The notes: a model not told the origin generated them from the sequence alone. A stretch of 64,000 bases of DNA from Balanoglossus misakiensis (GCA_040954595.2 JBECUI020000028.1:305349-369348); one strand, 5' to 3'; shown: positions 25,912 through 40,471, numbered from the stretch's first letter. Made by a program: numbers and translations.

Positions 25912-28900
25912 ATGAAGTACGCTTTATTTGATTTTTACGAAGAAAAGAGTGTTGAAGTTGGTGAGACGAATTGGATAGAAGATCTCGATGAAGACGACGT
26001 TATGAGTTTTGACTTCAACGAAGATTGTGCTGTCCAGTGGCCATCAAAGAAGGCAGGAAGAGATCCGGCGAGATATGTAGCAAGAGTTATCAAGTTTAGC
26101 GGTAAGAATTGTTTGGATTTTTTCAAAACTCAAAAAAAACGTGTCAGGTAGAAACATTTCCCAATGTTGAAGACGTTCATTGTAGAAAGTTACCTTTATC
26201 TCGATCCCAGGGTCTTGGGCTCCCTTGAACCAAACACAGCTTGTTAACTTCCTGTTCATTGTTATACTATTTGCATAACAAAACGAGTTGCCAGGAAAGC
26301 CAGCAACCCCTTTGTTTTACTTTGTGACACAATTTTTTTACGTGGTTTGTGTTGTGCATTTTTGATCGTCAGCAAAAGTTTCTCATTCAGTTGTGTGTGT
26401 GTGTGTTTTTCACAACCAGGTCATAATGTTTATCTTTACAGATGACAGGCAGGAGCTGTTGCGACTAGCCAACGTCTATGTCAAAAAAGGGGTGAACACA
26501 AACATTAAGACTCCAGAATATGGACGGGGGAAACGTGAAAAGGCACCAAAGAGAATCTACACCGACAGCGAAGATGATGAAGATGATTATGTACCGGTAA
26601 GTTGATATTTAACTACCATGTGGCTGATGCAGAATTCAATATGATTTATCTAGGTACAGATGATATTAATTTCTCGTTGTCAATATAAACACCCATTTTC
26701 AAAACTCCATGCCAAGTGTTCAGAAGTATCTCACAATAATCATTTCATTTCTTTTTCAGGAAAAAAATAACTTGAATAAAAAAAAGAAGATCAGCCAAAA
26801 GAATTCGTCTTTAAATTTGCTGAGAAAGTTAGAAAGCAAGAAGACATCTGAAGTTCGTAAAAAAATGGAGGAGGATGTCCAGTCACTTAAGTCTGTAAGT
26901 ACTGGCAATGTCATACGCTACAATTTCTGCCCCTGAAGCATATACTTTTACTTCCAAACTTGCACAAAAGCTAAAATAATGCTGACGTATAAGAGAGTGT
27001 TGTGAGCTTGTGTGGCTTAATTATGAAACAGGGATTGCACTAGTGTTTGCTCAGAATGAGTCCCTGTCACATGAAATTAAAGACAGGAAATTAAAATTTT
27101 TGTATTTATGTGAGAGATGGGACCCCTCTGTGTAAAAAGTAAGAGTCCCCCTGAAAAGTTCGGGAAGCAAAATATGGGGTTAACGCAACCCCTGCAAAAT
27201 GTATCTTTAAAATGTGAGCAAAGTTATGCAATTATTGAAACTAATAATATTTCCATCAAAAAGTGACTGCAGTTCAGTGCTGTTGATGGGTAAATATCAC
27301 AAGCATGTTGAAATCCATGTATGAACTGTGTTGTTATTGTTGACAACTGTGATTTTTAGTCTATTTCATTAATGTTCCTCTGCATTCTAGAGTTCATTCC
27401 GTGCTTCAACACCAGTGTCCAGTGGCTCAGAAGGCTATGATGAGGACAAGCTACACCAAGAAATAAGGGAATTGAAGGAGGAAAATGCTGCACTATGCTA
27501 TTCTCTTCGAGTGTTAAAAGGTAAAAGAATATTGATACACGCATTGAATAAAGTCAGTGGATTGTTTTAGTTCTTGTATATTTTTAATGCAATGAGTAGG
27601 TTTTAGCTGAATCAAATTATTTTGTCAGTGTTTTTTTTTGTTTTATTTTTAGAAATATCAAAAGTCAACAGCCAAAATATGCCACAGAATGATTGTTTTT
27701 GAAAATACTCATGAATATCACAAAAGAACATCATTTTCGGCATTTTTTTGACGAGAAATTGAAGTATCAAGGACTCCATATATGTTTTGAAATACAAAGT
27801 AAAATGTTACCATAATTAATTTATAAATGAAAAACATTTAATTTATTCACTTGTACATGATGACTAAGCTGGGCAAGCTGTAACTTACCTTTTTCAGCAC
27901 CAATGAAAGCCTTCATTTGTGACCAGCTTTCTCAAACTATGTGTTTTGTAGTTACTTGACAATAGTTTGATAATGCTGGTCAGTATGTAAACATCTCAGT
28001 TCACCACAATTAAAATAATTTTGTTTATGGATGATGGTCCACTGTCTTATTGGTTAACAATATTTTTTTGCCAGGATTGTCTCTTTTTTATTCCTTTTCC
28101 TATGAACTATTGGAGTTAAATCAATGAACATATGTCCTATACCTCTATTTTCTAATCTTTTCAAATGGTATAGAGTTACCTGGCCTGCTTGGACAAATTG
28201 CTGATGTAAAAAGAACATTTGGTGTAAAGACTGGTGCACCTGCAGTCTCAAAGACAAATAACTCCAGTGGAACACATGATGCCCCATTGAACAGTGAAGA
28301 GGTAACTGTTGACATCTATTTCAATTTATCATGAATGTGTGATTTCAGGAATCTGCATAGACATAGTCATAGTCATTCAAATAATACTTCTGCTTCTTAG
28401 GTTCAACCATATGGCCTAAGTAAGAAAATTCTTTGTTCTGCATGTGTATGTTTTGCGAGATTTCATGAAAAAAACTTTTCTGCCTGCAAATTTTTGTATA
28501 CATGCTTTGGGAAATGTGATTGAAACACCTGCATGCTTGCAGAATGTCACATTTGAGTGCAACTTAACAGGGTGAAAAATTAGTTTCTGCTGAGATTCTT
28601 GATAAGGTGCTTGTATTACATGGAAACTATCGAGTAAATATTAAATTTACCTGTTAAAAATTTCTGTGTTTCTGAACTTGTGCACTTACCTATCAAAATC
28701 TGAGTGGATGCAAAACAAAGAATTTAATTATTTTGGTCATAAAGTTTTTGTTTATTTATCTGCAGACCTGATGATTGCAACTCTGTTTAGAACAGATCAT
28801 GGCTCTGCAACTTTACTTCCATGGAAAATGTGGTTGTATTGTTAGAGCTGTTGATTTCATAGAAAATAGAAAGTATTGTAAGAACTCTGTGATAGAGTTT

Positions 28901-29740
28901 TTACTGTATTTTCTATTTTATCAGGTTTTCTATGACAGAAATCATATTTATTTTGTGTCTGCCTCTAGTGTTACCAATTATTTTGGTCTTTTTCAGATTT
29001 TGGTCAATGATGAGATGATAGTAACTGCCAAGCAGCTGAACCGCGTTGACAAATCAACAGCGAAGAAAATGACGTATGATTTGATGGCAGTGGTGTTTGA
29101 TAGGGAAACACTCAGGACTCATTCGTATAGTGGCAGAGTGTGCAACTCAGTCAAGGGTTCTTTACCCAAACCAGCGCTGGATGCCGACAAAATAAGAGCC
29201 ATTAAAGGTATGTAGGTATTAAGTTACTTATCATCTCCAATTATTAATTTGCTATTTTAGGTCATAGGAATACACAAAGATATATTGGCATTTTGTATAT
29301 TTGGAGTGATCAGTGATGTATACCTCTTTAACATAGTGTAACCTGCTGTAGATAGGGTGCAAATTTTGCAGTGCTTTTGCAAAATCTGCTTTGGTCTGCT
29401 AATGGAGACCTGTATGTGGAATGAGATAGGCCATCTTTAAAAAGTTGTAAAAGCGTTTAAGGGACTGCAAATCAAATATACCATTCTCTCTACCGTAACC
29501 GTGATATATTTTCATTTAGTTTGTTCTTTGTTTCTGGCGGTTAGGTTTTAGAAAAAAAAAATATAGTATGGCAAACAAAGACATCTCTAAGGTTTGAGCT
29601 TTGGTTCAGTACAATTTCATTCAGCAATTATTTTTCTCTGTTTCCCCACAGATATTGTATGCAGCAAGTTTGACTGCAAGGTTGCTGAGGTGGAGCAGTA
29701 CATTAAAATGAAAATTTACTCCGAAGCAAAACACAAGTAG
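25912..29740 (+). CDS. BEN-domain accessory protein of the EnSpm element (7 exons, 345 aa)
   Basis: Exons 25912-26101, 26442-26596, 26760-26894, 27391-27520, 28174-28301, 28997-29207 and 29652-29740 join with compatible phases (1038 nt). Coiled coil LHQEIRELKEENAAL; BEN-like LMAVVFDRETLRTHSYSG...KPALDADKIRAIK. Confidence 0.82.
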
Positions 29741-30065
29741 TGTGGTTAACTGTTTCATTTATGTGTTTTGCTTATCTTTATTTATTTAAACTCTATTTTT
29801 CATGTCACCTTTTTTATTGATTTATTGCAATAAAATGTTAAGTTTTAATTTGATGAGTATGTTGGTTTTTTCTCAAATATTTCACTGAAAGCCAGCAGAA
29901 AACTAATTTGACTGAGGCAACACTGTATTTAGCACATTTATGTGTTAATATTAAACAACAGACTGAAAGAATATGCTGAGTATTCAGTGAAGTATTTTTT
30001 TTTATAAATATCAATCTTTTTGCCCCAATCCCACCCCTCTATCTTTGGTAACCAGATAATACAGG

Positions 30066-30915
30066 ATCAATACACATCTATAACTCTTCTATAGAAGTTC
30101 AATAGAAAATCAATTGAAATCTATATCTCTTCTATAGAAAATCAATACACATCTATAACTCTTTTATAGAAGTTCAATAGAAAATCAATTGAAATCTATA
30201 TCTCTTCTATAGAAAATCAATAGCATATCAATGGAAATCTAGATCTCTTCTATAGAAAATCAATACACATCGATAACTCTTCTATAGAAAATCAATAGAA
30301 TATCAATTGAAATCTATATCTCTTCTATAGAAAATCAATACACATCGATAACTCTTCTATAGAAAATCAATAGAATATCAATTGAAATGTATATCTCTTC
30401 TATAGAAAATCAATACACATCTATAACGCTTTTATAGAAGTTCAATAGAAAATCAATTGAAATCTAGATCTATTCTATAGAAAATCAATACACATCGATA
30501 ACTCTTCTATAGAAAATCAATAGAATATCAATTGAAATCTATATCTCTTCTATAGAAAATCAATACACATCCATAACTCTTCTATAGAAAATCAATAGAA
30601 TATCAATTGAAATCTATATCTCTTCTATAGAAAATCAATACACATCGATAACTCTTCTATAGAAAATCAATAGAATATCAATTGAAATCTATATCTCTTC
30701 TATAGAAAATCAATACACATCTATAACTCTTCTATAGAAGTTCAATAGAAAATCAATTGAAATCTATATCTCTTCTATAGAAGTTTAATTGAAAAGTGGC
30801 CAAAAGTCCATAGAAGTCAATAGAATTTCCATAGAAATTCCATTGAGTTTCCATGGAATATCCATTGATTCTTAATAGAAATTTTTATTGAAAAGCAATA
30901 GAAGTTCTATAGAAC
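30066..30915. repeat. Right subterminal array of the EnSpm element
   Basis: Dense repeats of CTCTTCTATAGAAAATCAATA(GAA/CAC), built from the same motif as the TIR. Confidence 0.92.
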
Positions 30916-32115
30916 TTTTTCGTAAGGGAATCAATCAAAGTGTATTATAAAACCAGATTCCAAGAAAATACAGCTGTTCAAAGGGGCTTAGGCTTTTTTC
31001 ATCTTCCCTTGTCAGGTTGATATGACTATTGTTAGTATGCAGTGTTGTATGAAATGTTTTACATCGCTTACTTACCTCACCCAACATGGCAGCCAATTGT
31101 TCTACAGTAAATCCACTGTAATTAATACTACCTTGACTTGGCAAAGGATATGGAGGAGAGTTCAGATCAATATACAATGTTTCTATATTGGTGCGCTGTA
31201 TACAAAGAGAAGATAAAACAATATTTTGTTATTGGCAGTATTGTCAGTCAGTGTTTTTTTTAACCCTTCCACCCCAATTTCCTCTTCAGTGCTCCAACCT
31301 TAACATAGAAAACAATGCAGTTGGACTGAACCATTGTGGTGATCAGGGTAATGTAACCAGGGTTCCCCAGTCATTTTGTTAACATTCCTTATGGTACCAT
31401 AAATGCAGTCATATTAATGGTAAGACAGGTGTTACATGGGGTTTCAAAATCACTTATTGCTCCACCCCCCCCCCCCAACAATAGCCAAAATACTGTCAGT
31501 GTTATCCAAATTCTTATTTCACACCTGTTACAACTAACAAGGTATCTGTCACAGTCATTTTATGCTCTTTTAGTATCCAGGATCTATTGTCGATGATATA
31601 ATCATCTCTGATCAGACTAGATTGCATGTATAGCTCAACAGAATAATATTGAAGGTCAGAATGCTTTTGATGAGGAAACAAAACACCAACTGCGAGATTA
31701 TATCTTCTTCAGAAAATACCATCATTTTTATGTTAGTCAAGATACTTTGCAACTGGTGTATTGTTCTCTCATCAAAAGCATTCTGACCTTCAATATTACT
31801 GTAAAACGGATTATTTTCGTGACAGGAAATGTTCGCGATATTAAAAGAGGCAACTGTTATGCGAGGATTAATTTTCATGTTCTTGTATTTCATTGCATCT
31901 TTATCTCCGAAAAACATTTTACGCAACTTTTTCTTTTCACATTTTGTTGGCTCTCGCCTATTTCGCAAAAATTAATTGCTTGCGAAAATAACCCGTTTTA
32001 CACACAGGTGCAAGCTTTCTCTTATTGTGAGTATGGCAGAGAAAGTTTTGGCTGCTGTCAAAATTTTCTGACAAAGACATCCAGAAGGATTATGAAACTG
32101 AAAATGTTGATAATA

Positions 32116-33130
32116 CAGTGAAACCTGTCAATTAATACAGACATCTCTCTAATCAGGACACCTCTCTATTAAGGAAAGATTGTTCAAGACAAGAGTAATG
32201 GTTTGAATAGAATATTACATGCACATTTCTGTTAAAGGGACAAAGTCTCTCTCTCGCTGCCCTTTTTAGGTCCCATTGGTATAGGCCTATATACCATGGG
32301 ACCTTATGGGATTGGTTGCGTCTGTATGTATGTATGTATGGATGGATGTATGGATGTATGTCCGTCCACATCAAAAACTTGAAAACCACTGTGTGTATCA
32401 CCTTGATATTTGGTGTGCACATGCAGGCTGGGCTGTAGATGGGAGTTTGTTCAAATGAAGTTGTCGTTGCCAAAAATATGCAAATTAGCTGGAAAAATGT
32501 GAACTTAGTCAAAACTCAGTAACTCAAGAACTACTGGTCAGATTGCTTTGCGAAGTGGTGTGTATTTACTTTATTGAGTTGTTTATATACACAGGAAATT
32601 CCTGAATGATTACATAACTGGCTAAGTTTTAAAGAGGCCAGCTGTTCTATTTAGTGTGTGTGTCTGTCAGTATATCGCCATTTACTCCGGTGTAGACTTT
32701 TTCTTTTGTATTCCCTCAATGGGACCACTGTGTCCTTGACGCGATTTTTTCCATTATGTTTGATACAAGAGACATTTTATATTAATGTACATGTGTATAT
32801 GTAGTTAATGAACGTTCAACCATACACAATTTCCATCCCACTTGAATGATATGAGCATAAAAACTCGCATAAAATGAATAAATGATAGAGACCGATTATT
32901 GGCGTGTGTTTTTTATCACTCTGGTGGCTACAAGCAGGGTTGAAGTTGTGTGTGGTGAAACATTGATTCACTATATATCCACATGTAGAATAACAGAAAT
33001 GGTGCCCTGTAACAAACCTAATTCATGGAAAAGGGGCAGCGAGGGAGAGAATTTGTCCCTTTAAGGACACCTCTCTATTAAGGACACATTTTGTGGTCCC
33101 AGAGGTGTCCTTCCTAGGCAGGTTTCAATG
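32116..33130. mobile_element. Second copy of the CAGTGAAACCTGTC MITE, containing a different TTAA-flanked insertion (32236-33060)
   Basis: TA-CAGTGAAACCTGTC...GGCAGGTTTCAATG-TA. The inner element has a ~30-bp TIR AGGGACAAAGTCTCTCTCTCGCTGCCC with TTAA flanks, and holds an inverted 3' fragment of the HINE-like repeat (~32266-32560). Confidence 0.82.
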
Positions 33131-33538
33131 TACTTCACATCTCAGTTGTACTCCACTGTCTGTATGGAATCATTTCCTGGTTGACATGGTGAACTTTACA
33201 AAAACAGATAAACCACCAAAAAAAGTCAGGGCCATATGTAGAGAATGATCTTGAAACTCAGAATTTTACCATAATTACCTTGAATATCGTAAACTCTTCA
33301 TATCGTCAAATAACTGCAATGCAGTACTCAGACCTTCAGAAATCATACCATATTTCTCACCTGCTCCTGACAACAATCTGAAATACAACAACAATCATTT
33401 AACAAAAGGTATATGTAAACAATGTCTACTCTGATTGTAGACAGATTTGATTAAACATTTTATGAAACATTTAAAGGTAGGAACCTCTAATAAAAGCAAG
33501 TGAGTCAAAAGTCAAAAAGAGCGACTTTTTCCCTTTAA

Positions 33539-33623
33539 CCCTTTCACCCCAAGTTCCTTCTATACAGGTCAAACCTTTTCATAGAAAACAATGGGTTTTG
33601 ACCGAACCTTGGTTGTGAAAGGG
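33539..33623. mobile_element. 85-bp piggyBac-like miniature element
   Basis: TTAA-CCCTTTCAC...GTGAAAGGG-TTAA. Confidence 0.65.
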
Positions 33624-34499
33624 TTAATGGGCTTCCATAATTAGTGTTCTTTAAAATTAGAGGGTGGTACTTAGGGGTTATTACACTAAATTTGGTGAGA
33701 ACAATAGAAAGTGGCAAATTCAGGCTCTGCATGTATGATACTAATGACAATTAGCCTTCTGCTTTAGAATCATCACCATTAAGCTATATTGATTGTATCC
33801 GCATCAGTTTATCATCTTTTGCTAATGCATAACACGACTGTTGTGTACTCTTTGAATGGAGGCTGATTAAATCGGTGTGACACCCATTTAAAATAACACT
33901 AAATAACACAAAACTACAATGTGTGCGCGCAAATATTTTGTCACAGTTGCGTGACATGCGCACACAAAAAATCCATTGAAAGATAACAGCGGGCGAGGCT
34001 ATCTGGGGCGCCTTGTCAAGGTTGGCCGGTCAGGCGCCCTGTACACATGTACGCGTACGCGCGCTTGTATGCTGTAGCAGGACGCACAATGATGTACGTG
34101 CGGTAACCTAGGCCACAAACATGACACGTGTCGGGCTATAATTTATGCACACAGAAGCCATTAGATATAACAAAGCAAGTAGGGCTTCTGGGTCATTTTC
34201 CTTGATGATATAACACAAGAATTCCATACCTTGTCTGTACTTAATACGTATCGGGGGGGGGGACCACTGTACACAGTCTCTTTCATGATGTTTATGTACT
34301 TTATTCGCTACATTCTAAATGATATTTTTTGTGTTGGGCCATCTAGACATGAAGGGAGAACTCATTCAAGTATGTTTATCTGAAAGCCTGCTTGTCTATC
34401 GCTATTTTGTTGCACGTAATTCAAATACAATTTCACGAAAAAAAAATTGGCTCTTTGCGTGCACTGCGCGTAAAAAATAAAATATCAAACGCAAGCCCA

Positions 34500-35408
34500 G
34501 TAGAAATTCCAAATTACCTATGATATGATTTCATAATAAGTCTAAAGAAGCCAATCCCATTAACTTACAACTAAAATTTATAGAAATCAGCCATACAGTG
34601 TACACTTTCTGAGAAATATAATTTTTTATCAAAATTGGTAAATATACCCCCAAAATACAAGACATTGCCCCCACAAAACATTGACACTTTCATCATAGGT
34701 TTTGTAAATCATCATGACAACTCACCATGGAACCTTCAAATCAAATTTCAAAGCAACGGGGTAGAGGGTTCTGAGAAAGAGTTTTGACCAAAAATGGCAA
34801 AAATCACCCCAAAAATATACTATTGAATTCTACAAATTGATTTGACAAACACACATCTCTATGCCTACCAAATTTCAAAGCAATCTGACAAATGGTTTTA
34901 CAGAAAAAAATTGATCAAAAAGGCAAAATTTGCACCAAAATTATAAATTTGCAAATTTTGCAGCAAATTTAAACAAAACTTTGATAACTCACATCACCTA
35001 TATGAAGCCCCATACTAAATTTCAAAGAAGTCAGGTCATCAATTCCAGAAAAGTAGATTTTTTACCAAAAATGTGGAAAAAGACAAAAAAATACATAAAT
35101 TATAGAAAATTCAAACTATTAGTTCAAAACATACACAACTGTGTGAGGTTAATATAAGGTACATGCATACCAATTTTCAAATCAATATGACCAGTGGTTG
35201 TTGAGTTTCTGAGTTTTGGCCAAATTTACGTTTTTCCCAACAACTTCATTTGAACAAACTCCCATCTACAGCCCTGCCTGCATCTGCACACCAAATATCG
35301 AGGTTATATGCTCAGCGGTTTTCAAGTTTTTGATGTGAACGGACATACATCCATACAGACGCAACCGATCTCATGAGGTACCACCAGTATATACAAATGG
35401 GACCTAAA
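34500..35408 (+). mobile_element. Uninterrupted copy of the HINE-like repeat
   Basis: Colinear similarity with 9152-9389 plus 10851-11528. Confidence 0.7.
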
Positions 35409-36615
35409 GATATTTCGGTGCAACTTGTAGACTGCATCATATATATATATATTGTGTTGTCGCCCAAATTGTGTGTGTGTGTGTGTGTGTGTGTGAGGGG
35501 GGGGGGGGGGGTTCCCAATGTGCCCTTCCTATGATATCTGCAATAATTGTAGCCTAGATGGGATGATTGATCAAGCCCATAAGCGATCAACCAGCCCACC
35601 AAAGCTACAATTATTGCACCTATTCCTATGATAGCTGGATCCATAGGGTAAACTGTACAAAACAAATAAGTGTCAGTATAAAATGTGGTAACTTTTGGCG
35701 TTTGTTTCTTCCCACTGAATTTCGACATCGCAAAGTGATTTCAGATGTCAGTTTATATTTATAATAACATTACTGCCACTAAGAAATATGAATGAAGTTG
35801 CACAGTTCATATAAACATTACACCACTGGCAACTGTGCTATATCATGCCACTTTTATGACCCCTTTTGACCTCTACATCCTGGCTTTTTGTCGGTGTGAG
35901 TATACAATTTCGAGTTTACCAACCATGCTATTGAATCAATGCATTTTTTCTCATCCTTGAACAAAACTGGTGAACATTGCCTGTTAGAAAAGGTTAGCTG
36001 TTCAACATTGAATGATGAATGATGTCAAACCAACAAATCACCAGGATGTAAGGTCACACAGGGGTCATGAAAGAGGCCTGTAAGATACTCTTGTTCTCTG
36101 CCCACTTTCTAACCCTGCTGTCACTACCAGCAGCAGGAATGGGACAGGGGACCAGGCTATATCTATAGGACTGTTTGCTAACATTAAGTGTGTTTACTTG
36201 AGTAAGTTGGGTACTATAAAAAGAATTGTCACCATTACTGTAGGGGGAGACATGAGTCTACCTGGTTGATTTATATTTTACATAATGTGCTTAGATTAAT
36301 AGAAATAATTTATGCATAGTTACTTAGGAACACTTCCATAACTAGTCTGCATTTTGCCTCTGCCAAATAGTAAAGAAAAAACATCAGAGAATAGGCAGAG
36401 TAGAAACTAAACTGCACTCTCCTAAATATAAAATGGTTTACCCCTAAGTCTAATGTGATGCATAGTGTGATTCAATCTGTGTCAATAAAATTGCAACCAC
36501 ATCAGTGTTCAGTGAAAACAGTATGTGACATACTTTTCCACCTGACCAAATCTATTAGAAACACATTTTTTAAAGAAATTGTTTTAAAGGGGCAGCTGCT
36601 ATGACATTTGGGATT

Positions 36616-37072
36616 AATAGAATCTCACACTCCCAAGGACCTGGGATCGTATTTCTCACACGAGTTGGGGATTTTCTGTCACACACGAGCCGCAGGCGAG
36701 TGTGGGACAAAATATCCCTGACGAGTGTGAGAAATACGATCCCAGGTCCTTGGTGTGTGAGATTATTTTTCTCACACGGTCACAAATTAGCCAAATTCGT
36801 TAAAACATTGAATAAATGACTCTGGAACTGTCGTCTGGGGGCACGTTATAGTTCTGTGCCTGTAATACACATCACGCCATTGGATAACATTTAGTGCGCG
36901 AAGAGAAAGAACTCTTTGTCAACCAATCAGCGCTCGCGTCATATACAGCTTTCGATTCAGTGAGAGTGTGAGAATAATAGAATCTCACACTCCCAAGGAC
37001 CTGAGATCGTATTTCTCACACTCGTCGGGGATATCCTATCCCACACTCCCAGCGGCCAGCAGTGTGAGAAAT
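36616..37072. mobile_element. Small palindromic repeat element with an internally duplicated end
   Basis: 36623-36765 folds back on itself around GAGCCGCAGGCGAG. TAATAGAATCTCACACTCCCAAGGACCT recurs directly at ~36975. Confidence 0.65.
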
Positions 37073-37078
37073 TAAATA

Positions 37079-37255
37079 CAGTAAAACCTGTCTGAACCGA
37101 ACACTGAAGGCACTGAAGAAATTGTTCAGTTTACAGACATTTCCAGTTTGTAAAGGTTCTTTTAACATGTGATTCTATGTCGAAGGTACTGAAAAGGTGT
37201 TCAGTATAGACAGGTTTCCAGATTAGACAGGGTTTGGTTTTGACAGGTTTTACTG
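37079..37255. mobile_element. Short Tc1/mariner-type MITE
   Basis: CAGTAAAACCTGTC...GACAGGTTTTACTG inverted ends; TA on the left only. Confidence 0.65.
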
Positions 37256-39274
37256 AAGGTTGAAAATTAATTCTATGTGGCCACTGAAGATTCTTGTGCT
37301 ACTCCCAACAATATGTTGAAACCCACAATTGATGTATAAAATACCATCCACTAAATATTTAAATGTCACCAAAAACATTTTACTCTAAATAAATAAATAT
37401 ATTCTATAAAAACATATTTTTAGACATGTTGCATATTTACGTAACAGTAGTAAAAAAATGTGAATGATAACATTACACATTCACGGGCTATGTTGACAAG
37501 TGAAGTATAAATGGGTATATTAGCATGCTGTTTGGAGTAGAACAAGAAATTCCCATTGATACTCAGAACAAAAATATATGTACATCAATTAAAGCCAAAA
37601 GTTACAGCTAATGTCCCGTTAAGTGCATTGTAATTCAGAAAACTTCTGGAGCAGTGAATAAATCCTACTATTCCTAGTATATCAGAAGTTTTTGTCATTT
37701 TAAAAATCAAGCTAGTTGCTTTAAAAAAAAATGAGACACTACTTTGTACAAAAGTTATGACAGCTTGCATTCACGCAGATTTGAGCCAGACATCTCAAAG
37801 CGTTAACAAAAAAACATAGAGCATACTGTTTTTGCGAAGGTAATTTAAATTGCTTGTTACGTGATAGTAGTGAAAACAATGGTGACATTGAAGTAACCGA
37901 AATGTTCTCCTATATCAAGCTTTCAGAGATAATTAACAGAGAAATGTTTATTTCAAAAAGTGAATGTCTTATTTTTTAGCTTATACAGTCACAGTATGTA
38001 ATAGAGGGACTGTGATATAGTGCACTGGTTTGGCTGTTGTTTCACTACAGATTTTTGTGGTGGGGGTCACGGGTGGGTCTATGATGGGGGAAACCAGCAT
38101 AGAACCCCCCCCCCCTCCACCCTCCCCCTAGCTGTGTTTCCATAGAGATAATGTAGTACTAAATGTGACATTATTATATGACTCAGAAGGTCACATAGCT
38201 CTGCGTACAGGTCTGTGTGTTCCCGGCTGTATGCAGAGCTAAAGGTCACACAGAGAAACCACACGACAGAGATCTCACCATCTCAAAAAGCTGACTCTGA
38301 AAAGCATGTAAAAGAATTAAGACTGGCTTACCTGTAGGAGGACCTGTGTCACACATCTCTGCCCGCCAAGGTCTTGCCAACGACCCTGGCGATGTCTGTC
38401 ATCTAGTCTTGCTCCAAGCGATGCTAATCACACTGGCGGCGCGTCATACTCATGTTCCTTTCCTTTATCTACAGGCACGGCGACTGCCGTAAAGCCAAGT
38501 CATCACCGGACTCATCATATCTGATATACTTCCCTGGCCGGTCGGGGCAACACCGACGTCACGATAAAACGTCGTAGGTCCCGTGGCAACACCGTAGCTA
38601 CACCCTAATGAGAGAGAATGTCTAGTGATCTGAGTGACGGCAACTGATCCAGGATCTCAATCACTCACCCGGCTCTGTCAGTGTCATGGCTCTCTCTCTC
38701 AACTACGGTGCGACCTGTGATGACGACCACCTCGCAAAGTTCTGCCAAGCGCCGCCGCGTCCCATGTAGAAAGGTTGCGAAACCCTTTGAAAACACTGCC
38801 AAGAATGCTCCATTATCCGAAATATGTTCTTTCACTGACGTCTCCACTCATGAGAAATTTAAAAAAGGGGCGTAACACGCTGTTGTAAAAGATCAGCTGA
38901 TTCGCGACCAAAACATTCACGATTGACCCTTGACCTAGGATAGTCCTGTACCCTCGATCCAGCGCCAGCTAAGTTGGCGTTGTTAAAATAATTATTAGGT
39001 AAACAGCCATCACTATAAGCTATAGATGTAATTCAGTAAACCAAAATCTTTAAAAATATATGTTGTCAAGAACAATTTATAGACCAAGGCCATGGCCAGA
39101 GGTACATCCGAAAAATACCAACTGTACATGGTTATTCTTGTATAACCTTTGACCCCGATTTGTAAACAGTGCTGCATGTTTGAAGTATCGCTCTTAAAAA
39201 TTGAGATTCACCTGATGCAGTGGTTTTATATGAAAGCCAGTTGGGGACATGTACATACGCAATAAATAAAAAAT

Positions 39275-39611
39275 TATCTCGAGATCTCGAGATAATTCCA
39301 TTCGTTTTCCTGACTTTTTATTTTTTTATCTCGAGATCTCGAGATAATTCCATTCGTTTTCCTGACTTTTTATTTTTTTATCTCGAGATCTCGAGATAAT
39401 GCTATTCGTTTTCCTGACTTTTTATTTTTTTATCTCGAGATCTCGAGATAATTCCAATTCGTTTTCCCGACTTTTTATTTTTTTATCTCGAGATCTCGAG
39501 ATAATTCAAGTTCGTTTTCCCGACTTTTTATTTTTTTATCTCGAGATCTCGAGATAATTCCAATTCGTTTTCCCGACTTTTTATTTTTTTATCTCGAGAT
39601 CTCGAGATAAA
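39275..39611. repeat. Left subterminal 52-53-bp array (7 palindromes)
   Basis: Each unit contains the perfect 22-bp palindrome TTATCTCGAGATCTCGAGATAA. Confidence 0.95.
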
Positions 39612-40410
39612 TTTGTCTTAAAGAGGGCGGGTGTATTGGTACGGAGACTGTCCAGAGAGGGCGGTGTATCGGTACAGAGAATATGGCGTTCTTTTACTAG
39701 CTTGACCTAGTACCAGGACTTTTCGTCGGATTCTGCCTTACATGCTGCATCGTATCTTATCAGACTGACTGAGTGTTGGTAAGTTGAGATTTTACCTCCT
39801 TCTCATAACCGTTAGATTTGTCGTACACGTAACATGACCACACGATGCACAATTTGTACTGGTTTGTGATGTGGCAATCTATTGAGTCGCCTTGCACGTC
39901 AAGCGTCATCATGATCATGCCAAACACGATCGACGCGACGTTGACAATGTGCTGCATGCAATAGGTTGACTGAGACGTTCTTGTCAGTATCTCGTACTCA
40001 ACTTAACTTGCTTGATTTTTGATTCATGATGTAACATATGCCATCAATATATATGTATATATATGCCATCACAACTTGAGGCTAACTCTGGCCTTATGCC
40101 GCGCTGTTTGAAACATATATCATACATGATTCAACTTGTGTGTGGGGCGGATAGTTACATCGCCTAGGATCAAGTTGCCATAACTGGATTCTTCCAATAA
40201 ATAAATGCACTTTAACTTGATCTTGAATATTAAACAATGCAATGTTAACATCAGTACAGCTGCTGTGATTTATTTTACTTTGCTTCAGTCTGTGATTATG
40301 ACACAGACAAATGTGAGTGTGTATGGTGACCTCAGTACATCCAAGGTCAAACGTCAACAACTCTTCAGTTGATATGAAAGTTTCAAACAAAAAAATTAAA
40401 GCAAAATAGG

Positions 40411-40412
<2 letters not shown>

Positions 40413-40471
<59 letters not shown>

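Larger units (their letters stand above)
20106..30928. mobile_element. Full-length EnSpm/CACTA DNA transposon
   Basis: TIR CCCTTACGAAAAAG(G)TTCTATAGAACT at both ends, AA 2-bp TSD, subterminal repeat arrays, and divergent transposase and BEN-domain genes. Confidence 0.92.

Noticed and set aside
28766-28830. Possible extra exon of the BEN gene after TGCAG
   Set aside because: Gives an immediate stop in the required phase; flanking exons join in frame without it.
38331-38990. CpG-rich segment with a minus-strand splice donor, possible first exon and promoter
   Set aside because: No open frame or recognisable product, and it cannot be linked to the downstream exon-like pieces from sequence alone.
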